A stretch of DNA of 63,992 nt, filler included, from Hyphochytrium catenoides (Eukaryota > Protista > Hyphochytriomycota): the NCBI GenBank assembly GCA_900088475.1. It is 9 parts of 9 records of this genome, joined end to end, with 100 filler letters (N's around TTAATTAATTAA, not from the genome) between each part and the next. Parts side by side here need not be neighbours in the genome. Positions count along the whole stretch, not along the records: positions 1 to 14,049 come from FLMG01000187.1; positions 14,150 to 27,911 come from FLMG01004186.1; 7 more parts are not named here. One strand, written 5' to 3'. Below the pieces are notes generated by a model. The model searched no databases. It worked only from the letters and a program-made list of their open reading frames with translations, and had not been told where the DNA came from. Numbering within the stretch: the stretch's first letter is position 1; each line of letters starts with the position of its first letter. Positions 12,136 through 21,645 of the stretch are shown here, piece by piece. The position numbers were made by a program, and so were the translations under genes.

Positions 12136-13363
12136 ATCCACTGTTCAGCCGCTCATGTTCCTGGCCATCTTAATAGCGTTGCCGATGCAGGCAGCAGAGT
12201 TTGGGATTCATCTTCACACTCTACTACTTTCGCTCACTTTTGCTCTGCATGGACACAGGTCAAGATCGAGCCCACTTGGCGCGATCTCTCAGCGTTATGG
12301 GAACACAATTGCAAGCAGCCGCGTTGGCACCAGCTACTGCATCAAAGTACAAGACAATTTGGAGTCAGTGGGCGGCGTGGTGTCACTTCTTTCGCCGACC
12401 TCTGTGGCTCACAGGATCCGGGGCAGCAAATTCTCGGCAGCTTAGCGACTTTGCTGCTTACTGCAAACAGCTCGGCTTTCACCCAAGCAGCAACGGCAAC
12501 CGAGGCGTCACAGTCATCTCGAAGCTCTCCGCAATAAGATGGGCTCATCGCCACTACCTCGGCTTGGAGCCCGAGCTAGGTCCGTCGTTCCACCTCCTCT
12601 CACGGGGTCTAGCCAGAGCCTCGGCTCCAATGCAGCAGAAGCAGCCTCTCACTGCGGAGTTGCTATCTCATGTGCTAGCGTCCCTCAACTGGTGCAAGCC
12701 CCACCATCAACTACTGGGGGGATTGGCGGTCCTCGCTTACTTCTTCCTCCTCCGAAGGTCAGAATACGCCTACGTCGACGGCCATCTCACGAACTTCGCC
12801 CTGCGCACCGGGGACTTACAGCTTTGGACCAAGGACGGCAGGCCCTGCTCAATCAGTAGCGACGCGTCGGCGGTTCCCTTCACCTAAGGGGAGGCAAGAA
12901 TGATCAAGTCGGTAGAGGTTCACATCGGCGTCTGGAAAGGTCAGGACACCGTCTACTGTGCCCGGTCAAAGCAGCAGCTCTCATACTTGCATGCCACCGC
13001 CGTTGGGGACACAGCGCAAGCACCCAACCGCTCGCAAGAGGGCCAGGTAACGTCAAAGTGTCAGCAGAGGACATGGCCCAAGCCATTAAGCGGTCGGCTC
13101 GAGCACTGGGACTTCCTGAGAGCAAGTACTCTACTCACTCGCTGCGGGTTGGCGGCGCCACAGCGCTCATGAATGGCGGCGCCGGCGATTTAGCGATCAA
13201 GTTCATGGGTCGATGGCGGTCAAACACTTATCAAGACTATCCGGCGTACCAGCCAGTGCAAACGATGCATACAGCAGCTGCCATGGTATCGACACTCGCA
13301 GGCGCTTCTACTAACAACAACCTATCTCTACTACGTGGGGTGGGGGAAAGCTCCTTCTCCTGA
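12136..13363 (+). mobile_element. 5'-truncated DIRS-like (YR) retrotransposon: RNase H tail overlapping a tyrosine recombinase ORF
   Basis: The RNase H C-terminal motif AAHVPGHLNSVADAGSR (about 12148-12198) continues in a frame overlapping the YR ORF. This RT/RH-YR overlap is typical of DIRS-order elements. RT and gag are absent. Confidence 0.85.
12249..13363 (+). pseudogene. Tyrosine recombinase of the DIRS-like element, with one frameshift near 12875
   Basis: Catalytic motifs in order: FFLLRRSEY (R), then after a frameshift LRGGKNDQVGRG (K), LCPVKA, YSTHSLRVGGATAL (HxxR), MGRWRS (W), YQDY (Y). Confidence 0.88.
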
Positions 13364-14049
13364 AGAGGTGCAACAATCCGCAGGGTAATAGCAGAGCCTA
13401 CTGATGCTGCCCCCCTAACTGATGTCTTCTCCCTCGTCATCGCCAGCCGGAGTTCGTAGAAGGAAAGACTGACCTCCTTCATTCCTCCTAGGCTCTCCGA
13501 ACATCGCCGATGGAACATTAAGGCCTGTGGTCTGTCTCATGATGGATGAGGTGGCGCCACGTATAACGGGGCAAGAATCCGCCTTCATGCATCAACCCTG
13601 AGAATCAAGGCAGACGTGGTCTCCCAGAACCTCTACTGCAGAAACCTAGAAGGGCTTATCCCTCCGCTGCCTCTGCTGCTGCGTTCGTCTCACTCTTGTG
13701 AGCCCGTTCCTTCATTTATAAAAAGCTCCTACTATCGATCATCGATTGAAAGTGCCCCTTCTCTGAGATCTGAGATGCGATAGAAGCAAGAACAAGCCGG
13801 TCAACGCAACAAGAGACAGGAAGTATACAGGACGAATGCTAATTAAGCTCTGCCTGCCTGCGTGCCTGCTTGCCCGTCTGCTACTGTAGCTTGCCCTGCC
13901 CGCCCCGCCCGCCTGTCTCCATAGTCAAGAACTAGCTTTGTGCTCTGTCTCTAGCAGTAAGTTTTGTTAGTGTTGAAGCGTTCATTCAGAACTCTACGTA
14001 TTAGCCTGATAGCTGAGCTATGCACAGAGGTCTGCAGAAGGCAGCGAGT

Positions 14050-14149
14050 NNNNNNNNNNNNNNNNNNNNNNNNNNNNNNNNNNNNNNNNNNNNTTAATTA
14101 ATTAANNNNNNNNNNNNNNNNNNNNNNNNNNNNNNNNNNNNNNNNNNNN
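14050..14149. other. Artificial contig-joining linker N44-TTAATTAATTAA-N44
   Basis: The same 100-nt linker recurs at 27912-28011, 47778-47877, 48890-48989, 50248-50347, 52153-52252, 54780-54879 and 62556-62655. TTAATTAATTAA gives stops in all frames. Plain N gaps lie at 57923-58025, 62991-63000 and 63256-63288. Confidence 0.97.
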
Positions 14150-15199
14150 CACATAACCTAAATAAGAGTGTCTTCAAATCCCATACATTATAACACACCT
14201 TGTCGCATTCAGTCGAGTGCAATGACCAGGCCTTCGTGGCAGCTATAGTCATGAACTGCACCGATGCAGGAGGATCGCCAAACTCTTCAAACAGCTTGAA
14301 GTACTTTGAGGGCTCATGCTCGAAAAGGTTAGCGAACATGCCAGGGCAAGGTTTAGGCCGCAATGCTTGCACAGTATTGGAATCATGACCACCAAGAACA
14401 AGGTTGACCGCCAACGAGGTTGTTGAAGAGGGCTCCTTCGCCGCTAAATGAGACGACGTGAGAGTTGGAAGGAAGAAGTCCGTCATTCTGGTGTTAGTTT
14501 GAGTCAGTGCTAATTTATGAGAGGTTGTTTGAACATGCTCGTTCCAACGCTCAGTTGAGTATGGACGACGCGAGCTGATCTTTTAAGGGATACACCCTTC
14601 GAACCCTTCCCACCACCAGTCCTGCAGACGCCGCAAATAATGTATGAGCCATTGTAAGTTGATGACATTCGGCTAAAAGGTGCCCGCAAGACCACGCAAG
14701 CTGTGAGGTAATAGTTCTCAGTTCCTTTGTCTAGTCCTGTGACCTCCCTCTCCAAGACGTCTACCACCTTCCGGCTTCTCTCTGTTCTTTTCAGGGTTTC
14801 TGGCCCATCTACCTGTCCTTAATCCTTGAGAGCACTACAATCTTTCCTATATCGTCAGACCCGACTTAACCAGTTTGCGCGAGTATGCCTTGCTCTATCC
14901 CTCGTAGTATCTCGTCTCTCCAGGGGGCCTCACTCTCATTCACTTCTGTAATGTCCTTCTACGACGTTCCTCTCTGCCCTTTCCTTTTCTCTCTTTGTTG
15001 AGACTCTATATTAAGTTCCACTCGCCTTTCTCTCTCGCTGTGACTTGAACATTGGGTGACGTTTGCCCTTCACGCTACAGCGCTCCAAGAAGAAATCTGC
15101 CAGGGCCAGGTAACAGGGCTACGTGTGCCCCTCTTGTCTGACCTAAAAGATCGTTAATGTCTTCCCTCTATGCTTTTTGAGTGTCTCCCTTTCTGTTTT

Positions 15200-15660
15200 T
15201 ATATTCCATAGGCCGAGGTCCTCCTTCTGCCGCTGGTCGCGTTGGGATCTTCATTTTTTCTTCCATGAAAAGTTTCTTCTCTGAGCTTCTAAGTAAGTCT
15301 GTCTTTTCTCAAGTATCTCAAGTCTCTTCCCTCTTCTCTGGCCCTAAGCCGTGTAGTTGTCCCCACTTGCTCTCCTATCGTGCTATCTGACACTAAGCTA
15401 ATTGTCTGCCTCTGTCCCATTCACTGAGAGTTTGCCAGTTGTACAGAGTCCTCTCTCTCCTGGCGATTGTCCGGCCTCGATCTATGGACTCAATATACTA
15501 ACTTCTCCTTTTGCTCCCTTTCTGCCTATCCATAATATGGCTACTTGGCAGATGGATAGGCTTGTTACCTGGCGGAGTTTTTCCCTTCACTTGGTCTCTG
15601 AAGAGATGCACAGGTCACTCGATCCCTCCTTTTGCACATAGAAGATATCTGTCCTCCTTC
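15200..15660 (-). mobile_element. Possible degenerate non-LTR (L1/Tx1-like) retrotransposon fragment
   Basis: The minus strand gives SDLCISSETK..ILWIGRKGAKGEVSIL (AP-endonuclease D-x-x-x-x-Q-E-T / G-V-x-I-L-like) and KIPTRPAAEGG (post-RT EGGLG-like). A related fragment lies at about 17720-17790. Many stops. Confidence 0.3.
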
Positions 15661-16374
15661 TTCTCCGTTTACCAATCATGCCACCTCCTCCTGCAGGTAT
15701 TTGCTCCTACCACCATTCCTTCTTTTCCTTTATCTCTGCAGCTGCTTCTCCCTCATCTCTTTCTCTGCTCATGTATTTCACCTATGTCTGTCTTTGTTAT
15801 GCCGCCTCTTCGAGGTCTTCATATGTTTATCCCAAACAGTTCTTTTCTCTGGTTGCAGTCCATTTTCCTGCGTGGAGCTTACAAGGAATCTGCACTGACC
15901 TCTGTTTTCACCTGTCTGCCCTTCCCTATGACCACATGACCACCGCCTTCGCACCGCGCGACGTAGTACTGAGAAATACAATCAAGCAACGAGGTAAGGA
16001 CTGTGCCACAACTCATCTGTGTTCACACTGAAGAGTATCCTTCTTCATTGAAGCTGTTTCCCTTTCCTGTTTCTGTCCGCTGTCTCGCGGTCCCGCCTTG
16101 ATCAATCTCGTTCTCTTCCAGCAATTCTCACTTTTGCTTTGCTCACAAGCGGTGGTCTCCCTCAACAGTTTGCTCTGGCTTTTCTTAACGCTTTCCACTA
16201 ACTGTCTTCTTTACGGTTCCCCTCGGCCAACAATGATATCTAGTTGCAGTGCAGCAAGAAGTTTCAAAGCGAGGTAACTCCCCTTGCTACCCTAAGCCTC
16301 TTTTCCCTCTTTCTTTCTGTTTGTCTCATGCATCAACTCTATGGTGGAGAGAATCTGCCGCTTTCCACTGTTTG

Positions 16375-16483
16375 TGTAAGGAGAAACCTCCTCCTTACGC
16401 AAACAAGTTGTCCTCTTCTGCTCTCTATTAACTAGTAATTCATTCATAGATTTTCCTCGTCCCTCACACTTGAACTCCTTACA
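16375..16483 (+). repeat. 5' LTR of the miniature chromovirus
   Basis: TG...CA ends; direct repeat of 17570-17678 with one mismatch (aaacaagttg vs aaacacgttg). Confidence 0.96.
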
Positions 16484-16485
16484 TT

Positions 16486-16502
16486 TGGTAGCTTTGCTCG
16501 GT
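16486..16502 (+). promoter_or_regulatory. Primer-binding site complementary to an initiator tRNA-Met 3' end
   Basis: TGGTAGCTTTGCTCGGT lies 2 nt after the LTR. It differs from the complement of the yeast tRNAi-Met 3' end (TGGTAGCGCCGCTCGGT) only at 3 acceptor-stem positions. Confidence 0.75.
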
Positions 16503-16528
16503 GGCCTGACCCATTCCCTTCTTGCACC

Positions 16529-17557
16529 ATGATGGGGCCACGGAACAAAGGTGAAGCCGCGGAGGAAACAGCTCGTTTATTCTTTGATCAGGTCTTTAGA
16601 CATCACGGGCTCCCGGACTCTATCGTATCAGATCGTGATCCGCGGTTTACCAGTCGGTTTTGGACCAGTCTATTCCAGCTCTTGGGCACTAAGTTGGCGA
16701 TGTCTTCGGCTCAACATCCTCAAACCGATGGTCAGACAGAACGGGTGAATCGCACGTTGGAACAAACGCTTCTGGCCTATGTGAACTTCAACATGGACAA
16801 TTGGAATGAGCTTCTAACAGCGGCGGAGTTTGCCATCAATAATGCCACCCAAACTTCTACGGGTTTCTCTCCCTTCGAACTCGACACTGGGCAGCAGCCT
16901 CGGTTGCCGCTGGACCTCTTAGCACCCACCACAAATGTTCCAGCAGTGGAGGATTTCGTAAAAGTCCTTGAGACTGGACTACAAAGAGCCCGGGACAATC
17001 TTCGCCGGGCACAACAGGCTCAAGCACTCCAGGCCAACAAGCATCGCAAAGATGTCAGCTTTAAGGTTGGCGACATGGTCCTGGTCAAAACCTCTGCTCT
17101 GACTTCTCATTACGAACGGGCGCGCCCTAAGCGCAAATTGGGCCAGGTGTTTGTCGGTCCTTTTCCGATAGAACGAGTGATCTCGGCTACGGCATACCGT
17201 CTAACTCTACCGCCTACGTACAAACAGTCACACCCTGTCTTTCATGTTTCGCAGTTGAAGGAACATCTTTCTCCTATGGCGTCACAGGCAAGACATGATA
17301 GGCCTCCGCCAGACATAGTCGATGGACATGAGGAGTTCGAGGTAGAGGCTATACTAGATACACGTTTGTTCAGGGGACGTCGTCAATACCTGCTTAAGTG
17401 GAAGGGTTACCCGGACCACGATGCTTCTTGGGAACCAGAGGCTATGGTTACTCATGCGGACGCCCTTCTCAATGACTTTTGGCAAAACAGAGAGCACGCC
17501 CTTTCTGGTTCGGTCTCCCGCCGCTCCAGAAGAGGACGTGGGAGGAGGCTTACTTAG
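16529..17557 (+). CDS. Truncated Ty3/Gypsy integrase (C-terminal core, GPF/SH3 region) plus chromodomain
   Basis: HHGLPDSIVSDRDPRFTSRFW, HPQTDGQTERVNRTLE, FKVGDMVLV, FVGPFPI, HPVFHVSQLK, then chromodomain EEFEVEAILD..YLLKWKGYPDHDASWEP. It lacks the HHCC finger and the first catalytic Asp. Confidence 0.93.
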   Translation: MMGPRNKGEAAEETARLFFDQVFRHHGLPDSIVSDRDPRFTSRFWTSLFQLLGTKLAMSSAQHPQTDGQTERVNRTLEQTLLAYVNFNMDNWNELLTAAEFAINNATQTSTGFSPFELDTGQQPRLPLDLLAPTTNVPAVEDFVKVLETGLQRARDNLRRAQQAQALQANKHRKDVSFKVGDMVLVKTSALTSHYERARPKRKLGQVFVGPFPIERVISATAYRLTLPPTYKQSHPVFHVSQLKEHLSPMASQARHDRPPPDIVDGHEEFEVEAILDTRLFRGRRQYLLKWKGYPDHDASWEPEAMVTHADALLNDFWQNREHALSGSVSRRSRRGRGRRLT

Positions 17558-17569
17558 AAGGGTAGAGAG

Positions 17570-17678
17570 TGTAAGGAGAAACCTCCTCCTTACGCAAACA
17601 CGTTGTCCTCTTCTGCTCTCTATTAACTAGTAATTCATTCATAGATTTTCCTCGTCCCTCACACTTGAACTCCTTACA
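17570..17678 (+). repeat. 3' LTR of the miniature chromovirus
   Basis: Follows the PPT and is followed by the TSD GTTTG. Confidence 0.96.
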
Positions 17679-18702
17679 GTTTGACTAAGCTCTGGAAACT
17701 TTGGCACTTTATCTTCGGTCTCTTTCCCTTCACATGGTCTCTGAGGTGATTTATGGGTCACTTCATCGCTCCTTCTTTGGCACATTCAATACGCCTCTCT
17801 CCTCCTGGTTCTCCCTTCTATCAGTTAGTGTCAGCTCTGCCGTCTATTGGTCTATACCATCTCCTCTTCTCTCAATCATCTCTGTCTTTCTCTCTTTTCT
17901 CTTCTCCTATTGTGCAGTTGTCTGTCTCGTCATCACCTCTCTCTCTCTTGAGCCACTTCTTCCATATGATGACGAGGATCTAAAGTCGATGACTTCCCTT
18001 TGCCATTTCACTACGCTCTCACTCACAGGGTCCTAAGTTGATGGGCAAGCTACGAGTGCGAAGAACAACAAGAAGAATAGAAAGGGCACTTCCTTTTCCC
18101 CCATCATGATCCTCAAGCAAAATGAAGGAAGGGCTTCCTCTTCCGCTACCTCTTCTACGTCGTCCCTCCTTCCGCCCGAAGCTCCGTCTAGCAACAATAC
18201 CAACACAGAAGTCAGCTGCTGCGGACAAGAGCTCAATGAGAATGCCAAGATAGAAGAGCCCAATGAGAATGCCAAGAGCCACCAAAGATGCCAACCCAAG
18301 ACATGACCGCGCGGCAAGCAAGACAAATGCAGCTCATGCACTTCTCATTGACACCAACAGAAGTACTTGTACAGGTAGAAGAAGAAGAAGGATCAACAAG
18401 CAAGAGAGGGCGGTAGGATGACTGCTGAGTGAGCCACGAAGATAAGTGTGGTCACGTAAGGCTAAGGTATAACTAGGGTACTAGTGACCGGTAGCCGAAA
18501 ACAGTAATTGAAAATAACAACCACCCTAAAGTATTTACCGAAAAGAAAGTAGTATGGGTAAGGAGAATAGTATCTAGAATGGATATATGTAGATATACTG
18601 TAGAAAGGCTGAAGAGCCTGCAGGCGTAGTAATAGACGCTCTCCATTCGGAATATAGTAGATTTTGCCATTAAATATGAGAAATGGGATTTTGTAAAACT
18701 GA

Positions 18703-18742
18703 TGCCCTTGGCCTTCAGGTCAAGGGTCTGAAACACGAAATT
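18703..18742. repeat. Dispersed hairpin motif (possible Helentron/HINE-like terminus), second copy at about 22236-22276
   Basis: gatgcccttggccttcaggtcaagggtctgaaa is identical in both places, with a CCCTTGGCC-TTCA-GGTCAAGGG stem. An inverted partial copy aaggccaagggc at 22165-22176 is followed by a GC hairpin. The repeat is certain; the class call is weak. Confidence 0.5.
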
Positions 18743-18754
18743 GTGTGTTCGCTG

Positions 18755-21645
18755 CTGAGCGTAAGCGAAGCGTCTAGTGGACAGGGCATGAGCCCTCCCA
18801 ATAAATTGTCGAATTCTTAGAACCCGCCGTCGCTGCGCGACGGGATGGATGGCGGGCACTGAGCGTAAGCGAGCAGTTACATTGCGTTGCTTTGTTTCTG
18901 CTGTTTGTTGCCTGGCTTGGTGCTAGTTCTTGGGCTGCCACTGGTATTGCTTCTTGCTTGTTCATTCAGTGCTTTTTGAAATGTTCTTGGTACTGTGTTG
19001 CTTTGCTGCTTCTGTTGTTACCTTTGGAATGCTGAGCTGTTCTTTGATTGTTCTTGCTTAGCAAAGGGCTCTAGTTTTACTAAAGCTTTTACTACGGCTT
19101 TTGTTATTAGCCTGAATGTCGTGTTGGGGGTAGTTGGGGGTGGGGACGGACGGAGGTGGGAAGCTTCTCAGCTTCTTGTTTTTGTCGTCTTGTTCTACTA
19201 TGAACTTTCTTGTTTTTCTCCTTTGAAGCTCTTGAGGTGCGTGACCGCTCATGCTTTTCGCTCCTAGGTTCGTTGCGCCGTTAACTTCCAGTTAACACGG
19301 TTCGTTATTCAACGACTGCCACCAGCCAGGAGGCCTACTGTTTATCAGTGGGACGCGGATATAATATCGAGAGCAAAATATTCCTCTCGCGCATTCTATC
19401 CATATTTCTTTTGCGCTCCCTCTCTCGATATATAGGATCGTCCCGCGACACTCGTTGCTTTTCACTTTTGCTCTTCTTCGTCGTTCTTCTTCTGCCATTC
19501 TTTCTCCGTCCTTCATCGAAAACTCCGTTTCTTCTGGCTATTTGACGCTCGACTACTTCTAATTTTCTTTCTGTCGAATCTCTTCATTCATTGCCTCTTT
19601 ACTTCATGATAAGCACCGGCAAGCTAAGCAGCAGCCGCAGCTTCTTTCTCCGCAATGCCGTGATGCTCTGCGGACTTTTCGGGCCGATCTGCTGTGGCTC
19701 TGCTTTTGTCTTTTGTTTTGAGGCCTCTCTCTCCTCCCTTCTCATCTTCCCCCACCATACATTTCGGAGATTTGTCGTTGGAGTTTTTTATCTTAGGTTG
19801 TCAATCATCGGTGACAACAGTGTCTCTTGTTTGTTTACTGCTTTGTGGCACTGCCGAATCTGAAGCTTGATTATCGTCTGTTAAATCGTTGCCGCTATGT
19901 TTGCGATTCTCTTCCTTGATTATCTCCGAAATTAACCCGAGAGACGCCCTATTCTCCTTCTTTGCCGCCCTATTCTCCTTCTTTTTATCTTCGGTCTAAC
20001 ATACCCTTTGCTTAATTGCTTAGGGATAGTTTTGTAATCCTCGAAATATCCGAATAGCCGTAAATTACGCACACACACATACATACACACACACACATCA
20101 TTTGCCCATTTTTTCAAAGTCTCCCTTTCTCCCCTCTACCTTTCTTTGTGTGTTTGTGCTTATTCTCTGTCTTTCGTTGCTATGCATTGCTTGTCTGTGC
20201 TTGGCTTTCGACAATTTATTGGGAGGGCTCATGCCCTGTCCAGTAGACGCTTCGCTTACGCTCAGCGAAAAGCCAGGCACAGACAAGCAATGTGCATAGC
20301 AAAGAAAGACAGAGAATAAGCACAAACACACAAAGAAAGGGAGAAGGGAGAAAGGGAGACTTCAAAAAAATGGGCAAATGATGTGTGTGTGTGTGTATGT
20401 GTGTGTGCATAATTTACGGCTATTCGGATATTTCGAGGATTACCAAACTAATTCCTTAGCAATTAAGCATAGGGTATGTTAGACCGAAGATAAAAAGAAG
20501 GAGAATAGGGCGTCTCTCGGGTTAATTTCGGAGATAATCAAGGAAGAGAATCGCAAACATAGCGGCAACGATTTAACAGACGATAATCAAGCTTCAGATT
20601 CGGCAGTGCCACAAAGCAGTAAACAAACAAGAGACACTGTTGTCACCGATGATTGACAACCTAAGATAAAAAACTCCAACGACAAATCTCCGAAATGTAT
20701 GGTGGGGGAAGATGAGAAGGGAGGAGAGACAGGCCTCAAAACAAAAGACAAGAGCAGAGCCACAGCAGATCGGCCCGAAAAGTCCGCAGAGCATCACGGC
20801 ATTGCGGAGCAAGAAGCTGCGGCTGCTGCTTAGCTTGCCGGTGCTTGTCATGAAGTGAAGAGGCAATGAATGAAGAGATTCGACAGAAAGAAAATTAGAA
20901 GTAGTCGAGCGTCAAATAGCCAGAAGAAACGGAGTTTTCGCTGAAGGACGGAGAAAGAATGGCAGAAGAAGAACGACGAAGAAGAGCAAAAGGGAAAAGC
21001 AACGAGTGTTGCGGGACGATCCTATTTATCGAGAGAGGGAGCGCAAAAGAAGTATGGATAGAATACGACATATAAGAGCCACTGTCATCGATGACAAACG
21101 ATAACATGTTAGAGGGATGATCCCCGAGAGAGACATGGCAAAGAAAGACAGGTGTACAAGAAACACTCAGCTATCCCAAAGCCTGTCAACTATGAACACC
21201 CTGAACAAATAATACTCTGGTCTACTACTAATAAACAAGCACATATAGCAACAACCAACAAACAAGGTCTAAAAGAATGTATGCAAGAGCGAAACACACG
21301 ACAAAATGAAATCCGCACGACAGCTATAATGAAAGAACAATAGTAAGGAGCAAACCAAAGAGCCAAGCAACTGCTAATAACGAAGAACAATCAAAGAAGA
21401 ACAGCTCAGCATTGCAAAGCAACAAAGGTAACAGAAGCACCAACAAAGCAACACAGTAGCAAAAACAATCAACAAAGAGCAGGTCATCAACAGTGAATGA
21501 ACAAGCAACAAGCAACAATAGCAGTGCCACAAAACAAACAACCCCCATGCAAGGCAATAAACAGCAGGAGCAAAGCAACGCAATGTAGCAGATCGCTTAC
21601 GCTCAGCGCCATCCATCCCGTCGGGCAGCGACGGGTCCTAAGAAT
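18755..21645. mobile_element. Nested inverted complex of two related non-autonomous elements with probable Crypton-like YR remnants
   Basis: 59-bp inverted repeats at 18755-18813 and 20207-20265 (1 mismatch). Inner palindrome arms at about 19395-20210 and 20266-21063. Diverged outer arms at about 18812-19060 and 21360-21645. YR-tail-like peptides: HIRATVI..IPERD..KTG..YEHP (+, 21069-21205) and ITN..GATNL..MSGH/RTSRA (-, about 19315-19220). Confidence 0.5.
19395..21063. repeat. ~800-bp-arm inverted repeat (palindrome) with a 55-bp spacer
   Basis: Arms are high-identity reverse complements (compare ORF 19591-19863 + with 20594-20866 -). Spacer 20211-20265. Only the left arm carries a 21-bp tandem duplication at about 19947-19984. 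Confidence 0.95.

Larger units (their letters stand above)
16375..17678 (+). mobile_element. Miniature (internally deleted) Ty3/Gypsy chromovirus LTR element, 1304 bp
   Basis: Two 109-bp LTRs (16375-16483, 17570-17678) identical at 108/109, with TGTAAGGAG...CTCCTTACA inverted ends. 5-bp TSD GTTTG (16370-16374, 17679-17683), PBS 16486-16502, PPT AGAAGGGTAGAGAG 17556-17569. Confidence 0.96.

Noticed and set aside
14094-14105. Recurrent TTAATTAATTAA flanked by N runs, and ORFs ending in XXXXLIN
   Set aside because: Artificial contig linker, not a biological repeat.
18701-18735. ctgatg...stem...gaaac resembling a hammerhead ribozyme core
   Set aside because: The core reads CTGATGC rather than CTGATGA, extra bases precede GAAA, the second copy has TTGATG, and I see no stem I/III or NUH cleavage site.
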